From contig OZ281494.1 in NCBI GenBank assembly GCA_965637545.1, positions 5,456,001 to 5,520,000 on the forward strand: a stretch of DNA of 64,000 bases, in the 5' to 3' direction. A model generated the notes under the pieces. The model was not told the origin of the DNA. It did not search any database and saw only the letters and a list, made by a program, of their open reading frames with translations. The number at the start of each line of letters is the position of its first letter. The stretch's first letter is position 1. Both the position numbers and the translations under genes were made by a program. Below, piece after piece: positions 36,601-47,995 of this stretch. This DNA comes from Phallusia mammillata. Its lineage: Eukaryota.

Positions 36601-37527
36601 ATGTTTAGGTATTAAAATATAAATACCAACAAAAATCACAGTACGCCAGGCCCATTGAAGGCGCTATACCGAATCAGCCGGTCACCAAGCATTCACCACC
36701 ATATGGCAAGGCGTAGGCTAGAAAAATCTAGCCTGCGGTGGGATTCGAACCCACGACAGGAGTCTTTCCGGGACTCGCGCTCTACCAACTGAGCTACACA
36801 GGCTCAGTGGAGAATCCGCCGAAAGTCGAATCACAAGCACCGTTGCCTGCCTCGTATGCTGCACATGTCAGCTTCGTAGTAGGGGATCGCCAGATTGACC
36901 AGTATCAGTTAAGATGAACATAAATTCATAACTGGGATCAGCCCTGAAGCGTCTATGCAGACCAGCGATCACGGCACACTCATCTATAAATCACAGTACG
37001 CCAGGCCCATTGAAGGCGCTATACCGAATCAGCCGGTCACCAAGCATTCACCACCATATGGCAAGGCGTAGGCTAGAAAATGGGCCTGGCGTACTGTGAT
37101 TTACCAACACAAAGTTATGTTTATGTTTACACCAGCTTTTGAGGTGGTTTGAACAGACTTAAACGTTTTGCTATTGAAATAGAAAATTGTAGTCGATATA
37201 TAACAGCAATGAATAAAGCTAAAGGGTATAAATTGAAACTATTGAGCTATTGAACTTTTAAACCATTTAAAACTATAAAACTAGGGAAATTGTAGAACGT
37301 TAAAAGAACATATTAATGTCATGTTTAACACTATGCTTTCACAGTACTTATTTATCCTGCGACTAAGGTTCCAAAATGGCAGGTTCAGAATTACTAACTT
37401 AACGAAACGGACATTAAGAAATATTTCGTGTAACAAAGAAACGTTCCTTACCAAAAGTGAAGAGCCCGTCTGACAGCAGATTTTTGATTGAAATTATAAC
37501 AGATAACAGCAGTACAAACCTAACCAT
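33621..37527 (-). CDS. LDLa-repeat class-A GPCR (LGR/GRL101-like, no LRRs), intact, ~1002 aa
   Basis: Exon 1 37527-37452 (MVRFVLLLSVIISIKNLLSDGLFTF, phase 1) plus one 2933-nt exon 36553-33621, whose frame is open upstream of the annotated 886-aa ORF. About 12 LDLa-like repeats; 7TM with NLSVSDMLMG, TDFCCWIPI and LPINSALNPLLY. Confidence 0.9.
36633..37102 (-). mobile_element. tRNA-containing non-autonomous retroelement with partial-tandem (pseudo-LTR) structure and inverted tail, in intron 1 of the minus-strand GPCR
   Basis: 355-bp unit (36633-36987), a 93-bp repeat of its start (36988-37080) and a 22-bp inverted copy (37081-37102); flanks ACCAACAA / ACCAACAC. Confidence 0.85.
36731..36803 (-). 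tRNA. tRNA-like cloverleaf inside the element; probably not a translational tRNA
   Basis: GCCTGTG TA GCTC AGTTGGTA GAGC GC GAGTC CCGGAAA GACTC CTGTC GTGGG TTCGAAT CCCAC CGCAGGC: all four stems pair, A and B boxes are intact, and TTTTT lies 4 nt downstream. It has C instead of U33, an extra base before the anticodon stem, and nominal anticodon GGA without a Ser variable arm. Confidence 0.55.
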
Positions 37528-37804
37528 ATTTACCCTTCTAAATTGTTTGTAGATTTAGTACACATACAAAAACGCTTTTCAAAAGAGGACAATATATGTG
37601 CAAATCTGAGTAAATCCGTTACCAAAAATATTTTATACTTGTTAAGTTTCTTTTCCAAGTTCTATATGGTTTGAAATCTATATTCCCACCTAATAATACT
37701 ACGGCTCGACAAAATGAATACCAGACTAAGCGCGCAACCCGCAAACATCAGTTTTCTCAACGTGACGTGTGTGACAAACTATGTGCGTGTTTGACAACTA
37801 TAAC

Positions 37805-38184
37805 CAGGGTTGCCATACCGTCCTTATTTCTAATATTTGTCCTTATTTTCAAGGGCTATTTCTTGGAAAAGTTTATTGTCCTTATTTCTCAGAAATGTCC
37901 TTATTTTTGACTTGAGTCCTTCTTTTGTCTTATTTTCAACAATTACTGGTCAAATCCCTGCTACAAGTAAAAGTAAACTTAGACCTGAGCTGTTGCGAGA
38001 TGCAGAAAGTATTTTTTACGAACAAGGAGTGGCTGGAACAGATCATTTCTGCCAAAATATTGCATATGATATGTCACGGCTCGCATAAATGCAAAGATTT
38101 GTTCATAAACATTTGTTTTATTTCGCATAAAAAATTAATTTTTCAGTTGTCCTTATTTTTGGTTTGAAGCCGATGGCAACCCTG
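37805..38184. mobile_element. hAT MITE ~280 bp upstream of the minus-strand GPCR start
   Basis: TIRs CAGGGTTGCCAT / ATGGCAACCCTG, exact 8-bp TSD ACTATAAC and internal TGTCCTTATTT repeats. Confidence 0.92.
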
Positions 38185-39199
38185 ACTATAACTCATTGGA
38201 TGAAAACGCACAATAGCGACCAAACAACTGCATTTTTGCAACCTACTTAGCGCAATGACACTTATAGAATTATGATGACTGTTGCAAGCACTAAATACTA
38301 TTTTAGGAATGCCTTACGAAACAATGTCTGAATTTCAACTAGACTTCTGGGGTGAAGCGTTTACAGACTCACAATTTAAATAATATGGGTTTTGCTTTTT
38401 TACCTATTTCTCTTCAAACTAAGGTTTTATTTAATGTTTGCCCAACAAACGCCAACATAACTCATTATAACGATAACAAATAAACTCACAATTGCAAATT
38501 TTTACACATTCTTACATATCATTCCACGTAGTTATTTATTTCCATGTAATAACAACTGCACACCCTTGTTATAATCATATTTTTTGTGAACTAAGAGGCT
38601 CCTTATTGTACCACTCATTTTAAGCAGAAATTTCTAGCTCACAACAACGTAACCGACAGTGTCAGCCAAATACGAGTGAGCAATTAAGGAAGTGTCAGTA
38701 CAGCCATCCTGTAAATGCGTTTCTACTATAAATTACGTCAATCGCTGCACTGCTTTCCAAAAAGCGATGACAACAAACTGCCTTAACTTAAACCGTTAGC
38801 ATTTACACATTTGGTGGTGGTGCTTTATGCGTTTCTCTACTCTTATTGATCACAACAGTGGTTCAGAAAACATTTTATACTTGCGTCACATTTAAATTGA
38901 TTGACAGCTCTTGTGACGTACCAAAACGAAGAGGTTTCATCAGCGAATCACATCTATTCAACTGTCGGACTCACCGTTAATGCAACTCGCCTGCTACTAG
39001 TTTGATTTGTTGCTTTAACTTAACTCTTTAACGCCCAGGGTAACTGCAGGATATCGGTAACTAATCCGCTTCTATCGCTCCATGACACGAGAAGGTAAAC
39101 TTTTTATGATGGAATATCCCCTAAAATTGTGAGGAAGTCAGCACAAGAGTATCCTGTCCCCACCTCAAAAGTTTATTCGCGTTGATTGACTACGTTGAC

Positions 39200-39560
39200 A
39201 AGGAAACTTACTTATATGTTAAGTGAGCCGGTTCTCGAAGTCACAGCAAAAGTACTTGACCTTATGTGTACTGAAGTGCATGGCTTAAACATGAATACCA
39301 CTGATGTTCATGTTTTGGATCCAGATTTCCAGCATCAATCGTGTCCTGATCCTGTCCTAGTATAAAATTCCTCTTCCCTAGACAATCGTACCCATGTGCC
39401 GATAATTCTCATTTGGTAGCTAGGTTCTAGATCCGTTATTTTAAACCATATGCACAAGGTGGCGTTGGTAAGACTAGGAAAGTAACCGCAATACCAGACG
39501 AAGTCTTCTGTTTGACCATAACGTGGAAACTCAAAATGTGTCAACAAACAATATGAAACA
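39200..39560 (-). pseudogene. Decayed pentraxin-domain sequence
   Basis: FEFPRYGQTEDFV..FPSLTNATLCIWFK resembles the pentraxin N-terminus; LGQDQDTIDAG in a shifted frame resembles the LGQEQD motif. The middle is missing and stops follow. Confidence 0.55.
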
Positions 39561-39847
39561 CAATTGCATGACAATAACTGTTGCACATAATAAGCCTGTA
39601 AAAAACTCCTGGGGCACTTTTGTGCAGGGGATAAAGAAATAAATTTATGTTGTTTTACTACTTGTAAACGAGAAGGACTCCCTGTCCAAAGTGTCGTGCT
39701 TTAATGCCACAAAAAAAATTGTGGGGAAATTAGAATATTCGGAAGTCACACGGACGGCGACACGAGAAAACGTTACATACGATACTCTGATCCTTGTCAA
39801 TTGCTTTCTGCGTAGGCTTGTGTTTAGGAAATGGGAGTTAGAAAGAC

Positions 39848-42363
39848 TGTAACATAATGACCTTATATTCGCACTGACGTCATGAGTAAGAGCGGACGTG
39901 ACTTGTAAGTTTTCCCATTACGTGATTTATATACCTCAAGTGTTTGATTGCGTGAGACCGCAGAGGTACATCCCATATAATTGCTAATTGATGTTTTGAA
40001 CACAGGATGGAAACGTTCTGTACCTTCAGGCCAATCACAGATCCCACGTGCGTAGTTTAATGACGTTGTTTTGATATGTGTTTATATACCGTGTCTTGCA
40101 ACTTCTCGTTGGGCAGAATTGACTGGGCTTCGCCCCAGCCCTGGACATTAATTCTATTCGATTCGACTTCGGTTGGGGGTATGAATCACATTACGTCAAG
40201 CCACGTTTAAATTGCATTACTGTTGGTGTTATAATAAAACAAACTAACCAACGGCTGGACTATTGCTGTTAGCACAATCGGAAGCGCAGGTCGCAGAACA
40301 CGTAATACACATACCTCCCAATATTCCTACAATTGGTGACCCCGACGTGATTTGCTACCAGCAGTAAATTGCAAGAAGAGAAGAAGAAATACGTCAAACA
40401 ACAACAACCACAACAACAACAACAACAACTGTGACCATGAGTACCAAAACAATTGTACTTTTTGGTCGGAAGATCTTTCATCATCTAAACGAAGATAATC
40501 TTTCTTAAACCATTCAACAAATAACCTTCTGATCCATTCAAGCGTCAAGCAACAATCAAGCAAGCGGTACAATTTAACCCCGCAACCACCAAGCATCGCT
40601 TAGACTACGACGAGTCGACGAACAAGCATTAAGCCTTGCCAAGTGCTAGAAGGTTACTATCGATCAATTCATCCATCCACAAGAATTCAAGAGCACGAGC
40701 TTTCAATTTCTTGACGAATTAATCAAGCTCGAGCTTTTGAAGAGGATATGTACTATTCGAGGTACGAAGATCGGAAACACAAACTGTCTATTATAACTGG
40801 ATTATGGAACAAATGGAAACAAGCAAATACATCAAGCATCGTCATGAATCACTACTTCAACGATGACGCTTCTTTGAATCTTACCAGTTTAATTTTAACT
40901 TTTTGTTTTTACTATGTCATTAAGTTCTTTGCCTACCCCATTCTTGGGATATGTTATACTAACACCTTTGTTTGTCTCTTTATTTGTAATGTGCTAGTTT
41001 AAAAGCTACTTATTGTGAAACACACACTTAATTTGAACCATTAATTTCGAAACTAAGCTTTTTATTATCGCTTTTGCTTGTCTCGATATCCATTAGCTTC
41101 GCGGAGACTCGACTTTTCGAGTTGAGACACTTTATTCTCTAGTATGCCACCGAGGAAAAGTTAGCTCTTGGTAGCGATTGTGTCTGATCAGCACAAATTA
41201 CTACTTTTCGTGGTTCAGAGAAATACGTTAGCTTTTCGCGCGTACCTGCTTTACACCAGTCCTTATTGTCTGCAAGCAACATGCTCTATTTTTGACGGGA
41301 TGAGCTTTTCCCCGCACTTATATTCTCCCATGACACTTCACAAGGTTGCTATACCTTTACTGGCTAGATGGCGTCCCAATTGGAAACATGATGCATTAGA
41401 CACTAGACCAGATATCTTTACTAGGCCATAGCTGCCTCAGATGTTGCTTACCGAAGCATATTGCGTGAATAACTTTGACCACGTAGAGTAAAAGCGATTC
41501 TTATTTAGTGATGTTTTGTTATTTGTAATTGCATCTAAATTTTGCTCTAGCACAAAGCAAACCGTTTTTGTACGTGTACTGCTGTTTATTTTATTGTTGC
41601 AGAAATGTGAATTCATACAACTACTTGTGGCACAATGAAGGAGGACATTTGAATTTCCCATACCACTGCTGAGCCCGATTCTCGAATTTTCGGATAACTG
41701 TCGACAACCGAGCTCGAGAGACGCGCAAGCGTTATGACAAATTGTACTGTTAACGCGTATCAGTTTTGGTGTGGTTAATTAAATGTTTTTCTTTTGTATG
41801 TCATAATTGTTTTCACATGTTGTTTCGCAATTCTTTCTTGTGCATGTTTCTTGTAAAACACTTTTTGGAGGAAGACTAATGTAACATAATGACCTTATAT
41901 TCGCACTGACGTCATGAGTAAGAGCGGACGTGACTTGTAAGTTTTCCCATTACGTGATTTATATACCTCAAGTGTTTGATTGCGTGAGACCGCAGAGGTA
42001 CATCCCATATAATTGCTAATTGATGTTTTGAACACAGGATGGAAACGTTCTGTACCTTCAGGCCAATCACAGATCCCACGTGCGTAGTTTAATGACGTTG
42101 TTTTGATATGTGTTTATATACCGTGTCTTGCAACTTCTCGTTGGGCAGAATTGACTGGGCTTCGCCCCAGCCCTGGACATTAATTCTATTCGATTCGACT
42201 TCGGTTGGGCGTATGAATCACATTACGTCAAGCCACGTTTAAATTGCATTACTGTTGGTGTTATAATAAAACAAACTAACCAACGGCTGGACTATTGCTG
42301 TTAGCACAATCGGAAGCGCAGGTCGTAGAACACGTAATACACATACCTCCCAATATTCCTACA
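39848..42363 (+). mobile_element. Young non-autonomous Gypsy-type LTR retroelement
   Basis: 484-bp LTRs (39848-40331, 41880-42363; TG..CA ends; 2 differences seen), 4-bp TSD AGAC, PBS TGGTGACCCCGACGTGAT at 40334-40351 complementary to the tRNA-Trp 3' end, purine tract before the 3' LTR, and a 1.55-kb interior with no pol ORF. Confidence 0.95.
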
Positions 42364-43892
42364 AGACCTTTTTAAATTTGAAGAAAAATGCCACTTAGAT
42401 TTTATGTCTCACGCATTCGACTTTTAGTTGTTAGTTAGTTCCCTGCATATTAGGTACACAGTTAAGGAAATGAAGTTTCCCACGTTCTCGTGTAGCATCG
42501 AATGATATGTTTACTTGAGACGCGGATTTTTATTTGTGTATTTAACGCATATTGTTAAACATCGAGTAACAAACAGGTATTGTTACGCGCGCACAAACAC
42601 ACCAAACAGTAACATGTACGTTAACCTATGCGCGCCGCCAGTTTACCTCTTCACGTTTCATGGTATAGATGCGGTTGTAGCTAACTACAAGAAACTTTCT
42701 CCGTTGGTACATTAATTTCATAGTAAGTTATATATATATTTGTATTTTTTCTTAAATTCCTGACTTTTAAGTACATTTTGACATTTCTCCCTGACGCAGA
42801 TTTAAACACTAAATTCCCTGACATGTCAGGGAAAATCCTGACGAATGGCAACCCTACAGTAGTTGTCATAACTATTTCACCACACAACACCACAAAGCAA
42901 AGCATAAATGTGATTTATAAATGTAAAGCCATTCTGTTATAACTGTAACAAAATCTATACAGTGTGACAAAATTGTGTGGCTATTTTGTAAGGATACTAT
43001 GGCACCACCCATTATGTACTGTATTCACAATCACATGTTATTTTTTTGTAGGACAAACATCAACACAAGAACATGATACATTTTTTGATTTATTGGGAAC
43101 GAAAGTGAACAAGACAAAAGCAGAAAGGCAATGGTGGAGTCCATAAAAAGACAATAGTGGAAAGATACAGCAACCAAATGAAAAATATCATATCAGTATT
43201 CACACAATAGAACACGAAACACACAAAACAGTGATAAAATGATAACTGATGTGGTGCCTGTGTTTTAATTAGGCACCATGGTGCTGTAAATTTATTCATG
43301 TTGTTGTGTCCTTCCGCCTTTTGCCCAGTACTCATTGGTGTAGGTTCATATATATATGTCTTTTTCAAATGTGTAAAGAATAAAATTTACGACAGACTTC
43401 ATCAAACATAGAAGCAAGGAGGATATTAACATTTTTTAAAAATTAAGTAAAAGGTCTGTTGTACATTATGACATATAGCATTACCATCATTCTCTTGATA
43501 GTGTCAAAAGATTTGCAACCAAAAATACATGTTTTTACTTGAATGAATGAAACCAAAAATTTACCTGAATAAATTGTCTTTTATACAGTGTTGTTGCAAC
43601 TTTGCTTTAAATTTGTGATGAGGCGGTTAACCTTGAGACTCATTAGCAAACATTAATGTAAACCCATTACGATTGCGCGCATTGCAGTGTACAGGGTTTA
43701 GATCGTTTTCCCATGCTGTGTTAACCTGGGTCTAGGTTACAACATTTCCACATATTGTTACTTCACACCAAGTAGAAAGTTGAAAGTTGAAAGACGCTTA
43801 TATGACAGAATGGAAAAAAGGCACACAACATTTGTGTGTTGATTTCAGTTAAAGAAGCAGTATAGAACCTAAAGAACCTATAAGTTTTTGAA

Positions 43893-45021
43893 ATCAAGGT
43901 AAACTTACAAAAGTTATGTTCTTACACAACCACTAACAATTCAGATACTTTGTCAGGTCACATCTTATACAACAGAATCAGCTTCAATCATGTTTCTGGT
44001 CGCCACCATGGTAATCCTCCATAAGTCGAAACACAGCGGAGATCGTGTTCCGGTTCAAATCAGCTTGTCACTGGCTCTTTTGCTTTTCCATGTTGTCAAC
44101 ATATCACACGACCTTGCAGTCTTGCATGAGGTTTCATGTGCAATTCACACAGCAGCCAATCAATACCTTTTGTTATTCTCATGTACAAACCAACATAGTG
44201 TGTGAGGTAAACTAGATGGTACAGTTTAACACAAAGCAATGTTTGCTTGAAGGTAAATGTGATCCTTTACTTATTCACATGAATTGCTTTTTAGGAATGT
44301 GGTTCCTGGTCGATGGAATTAGCCTTTCCATGGCAACATCGTTTCCAGTTCAGTTCCGAATTCAAAATTCGTCAAACCGTTTCAAAGTCTTCATGCTGAT
44401 TGGTTGGATCATTCCCATTGTTATAGTGGGAATATCCATTGCCGTGGGGTTTCCTCTCGGTATATACATGAAGCCCCAACCGTTGTACGAGCAATGTAAC
44501 AAATATATTCAGGTTCTCAAGTATGACAGATGCTGGTTGGCCCCCGGTACACCAGTCTTCCATGCAGCGGTCGTTGTTCCTCTCGCTCTTGTCCTCCTAA
44601 CCAACTTGATCATTGTCAAGAAAACCACACCCGTGATGCTGTACTCGAAAAATATGCGGAACAGAGGAGAAGATCCAGGGACAGGAGATGCGTTGAGAGC
44701 AGGAAAGTCTTTTATTTTGCTCTCACTTATGCTTGGTGGAACTTGGGTTTTGGCTTTCTTTACAGGTAAAATATGTTTGTGTGTGTGAACTTCATTATCA
44801 TCAACTGGTTAAAAATTAAAATGTTTTTTTAGGAGTCGGAAACGAGATTTCGAACGAGGTGTTCATATACATCCACAGTTTGGTGAACGGATCGCAAGGA
44901 AATCGTCGTCTTCCTGTTGTACTGCGTCATGGATGACGACATTAGGCAGGAAATGCTGACGTGGAAGTGTAACGCTGATGTCAGGTCTCAGCAGCAGGGA
45001 AATGAGGAAAACGCCGAATGA
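43893..45021 (+). pseudogene. Adhesion GPCR 7TM pseudogene, a 5'-truncated copy of 51555-52681
   Basis: Same three TM exons. The TM3 exon ends in T (44182) instead of G, so splicing makes TGA; an extra A at ~44901 frameshifts TM7; no GAIN exon lies upstream. Confidence 0.88.
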
Positions 45022-46189
45022 ATTGTAAATTCTACATTGACATGTAGTTTACTTTTATACCGATTGAGTTCAATCATGTTTTTTCGTGCATTTATCAACT
45101 GGTTGAGTTTAATTAAGTATATGTCGCTTTGAACAAACAGCTCAATAAGTTTGGTTTGATATATTTTGCGATGATAGTTTCCAGTATCTTCACACGTGTT
45201 CATGCTATTTTTATTGTCTTGTTAGCTGAGTTTGCATTAAGAAGTGTGAAAAATTACTAAACCACATAGAACACTTGTGATAGAACAAAAGCCTGAAAAT
45301 GATGAATGTGCATGCTGAATTAAAATCTCACCTGATGTGATGCTTTGCATTGCCCTCTATCTCTTTAATCTAAAAAAAAAAGGAAATAACTTTTGGTAAG
45401 TGCAAATACAGTGTGCATTTGTGTTTTGTTTTACTGTGTTCTTTGTATGCTCTTTTATAATCCTTCATAAGATTGGCATATGTCACATGAAACGTTTCCT
45501 CACCAGACTGTTTGTGGAATAGTATTGAAACAAATTTTTAATTAGCTTACAAAAAATCCTTTCTCATCTGGCGCACTTGTTGTGAGGGCAATTTAAAACA
45601 ATGTCCTACCAATCGGAACTTTATTGTCGTTTTTAAACATCAACCATAATACCACGTCCACAATATTTTGAATGGCCGCTTGTTAATAAATATGTGGTGG
45701 GTGTTCTTACGAGATGTGTTGATTTGAAAGTTAATTTACTCTGAGTATAAGGTATTGTTTCAAACACAGCTTAAAAAATACTACTAGAAAAAAGTTAAAT
45801 CTTTAATACAGAAGAAAAGTAGGCCTAATAGGAAAATCTTGGAATTAAGGTAGAAAGTGACACAGCTGCAGTTTTGCAAACAGTGGTTAAAATTTACTTT
45901 GATGCATCACAAAATGAAACACAAGGAGGAGAATGGCAAATGATTTTAAACGCGAAATCTTTTTTCAAAAACTAAAGTACACACTGGGTTGTTTCATTCA
46001 CAGTCACAGCATGCGGTATTAGCCAGCCAAACTAGAACAGTTTCAAAATTGATATGAGACTTTACATGGATTGCATCAATCAATAACCTTGATAACTTCC
46101 TAATAGGTAACAGCACACTGCACTTTCATGGCAAACGTTAGTATAACGGTAAACGTTCTTTCAAACAATTTTTTTTGTCATCAGCAGCG

Positions 46190-46800
46190 AGGAAGTGTCG
46201 CACTTTTGTATATCGCCACCGCGTATGTGATGATTTACATGAAATCCCACAAAGGAGCGTTGGTGAAATCGAAGAACCATCAGATCAGAAACATGCAGAA
46301 GAAAATCCCAGTTCTCATAGCAACTGACTTCTGTTGTTGGTTACCGATTTGTATCATGACCTTCGTGAGCATGTCAGGTCACATTTTCACTCCAGACTCT
46401 TCAGCGATCGTTCTTCTTCCCATCAAAAACTCACTGAACACGATAATCTACATTAACATCCCACATACCATCTGCACGAAATTAAGAATATAAAGTTGGA
46501 TAAATTAAGTTTCGCGTATCGCAGTTTTTTTCGACTCTCTATTTTATATGGTTATTTAAAATACAGGAACCTCAAAAAATTGATCCAGTTTTGCCAGGTT
46601 GCCACAAACTATTTATCTCATTGATAGGGTGCCGTAAGGTCAAAAAGGTAGGGAACCACTGATCTACACCAACATCCCACAGACCATCCACAAAAAAATA
46701 AAGAAATTGAAAGATCGTGCCAGTTTGGCCACAAGAAAGAATTTAATTGCTTCTAGCGAAGAGCAACCATGCGCTGCAGGGAATTTGAAACGTTCAAAAG
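46190..46800 (+). pseudogene. LGR-type TM5-TM7 fragment interrupted by a MITE remnant (~46490-46661)
   Basis: VALLYIATAYVMIYMKS..TDFCCWLPICIMTF; the insert ends in GGGAACCACTG. Confidence 0.85.
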
Positions 46801-47995
46801 TCTTATTTAAACAGCACTTCCACTCTACACTGGTTTACGACAGAAAATATTTACAAATATGTGTGGTGATTTGAAATGTCAATTTCCAACGTTAGGTACA
46901 TCTGACTTACCTGTTCGTTCATTTTTCATTTATGTACATTTGTGAATGCCGCTTGTACCGAGCCCACAAAAATATGACCAGTCGAAACCGCTATTGAACA
47001 GGTTTAAGTTTCTGGATAGTGTGATTTTACAACTAAGTTATGTCCAATTATAATAAGTGCATCAATTATAATATTTGTATGAGTAAATGGAACAGCCCAA
47101 AAGTTTTAAGTAGCTAAAGGCTACAAATGCTGTGAGAATTATTAAAAATAGCTGTGTGTACAAATTTAGAAATTCTATGTATTCATAAACATACGGTGTT
47201 TCCTGCATCCATAAATACAATGATAAAAACATCACCATTATTATTACAAAAAAATACGCTGCAATCTTAAAGGTATGGTCACTTTGTGGAGTCCACAGCA
47301 AGGGGCCAGAAGTATAAGTAATTCAACGTAAAAAACCGCCGCACTAAGCAGGAGTAGCTAACACAACTTTCATGTGGACAATACAAAACACGTGGTCTTA
47401 GGAACATAGCACATATTCATTTGTCGTACTCTATTTTATGTTTTAGAAGCGTGAATTCGTCCAAACATGTAAAATGTATGTTGCTTTTGAAGCTGTTGTT
47501 TTTTAATTAGGACCGCGAATTTAATGCTCTACAAATCAACTTTGCCATTTCGTATCTAAGTAGTCATTGATACTCTATAGAATCAAAACGACGTAAATAA
47601 TCGTCAACTGTCATGAACTACCTCTTATCGTGCACTGCATCATCTTGTCACAGTGCACGAAATACTAAGCTTGTGCCGCTTAAATTAAACTGGTCATAAG
47701 TGCGATAATAGATTAAGCTGTAGCCTATATAGAATGATATTTAGCTGTGTCTGTTATGTGGCAAAGAATTATTCCTTGTTGTTTGTGCGAGTGTCAGTTG
47801 GTTTTTAGTGTTTGTTTGTAGTTTTTTGTTACATTTCAGTAAATGTTGTGATGGTGAGATAATGGTGATTCGGCATTGATGTTGTATCAAATACGTACAT
47901 GAGGTCAAAACGAACGTTTTTTTGCATACAAACGAAACAGCTAGTATTTCTATATTGTGTGCTCTAAATCAAAATCAACTGCGATTGTAACAAGG

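Noticed and set aside
36731-36803. Functional tRNA-Ser(GGA) gene
   Set aside because: No U33, no long variable arm, an extra base before the anticodon stem, and it is embedded in a repeat.
38925-38950. CTGATGA on the minus strand (also ~18680) as possible hammerheads
   Set aside because: No correctly placed GAAA or stems.
40269-40596. Leu-rich and Cys-rich ORFs inside the LTR element
   Set aside because: Produced by the (CAA)n microsatellite; no gag features.
42760-42856. ATGGCAACCCTA end with CCCTGAC repeats
   Set aside because: Likely one end of a hAT MITE, but no partner TIR or TSD was found.
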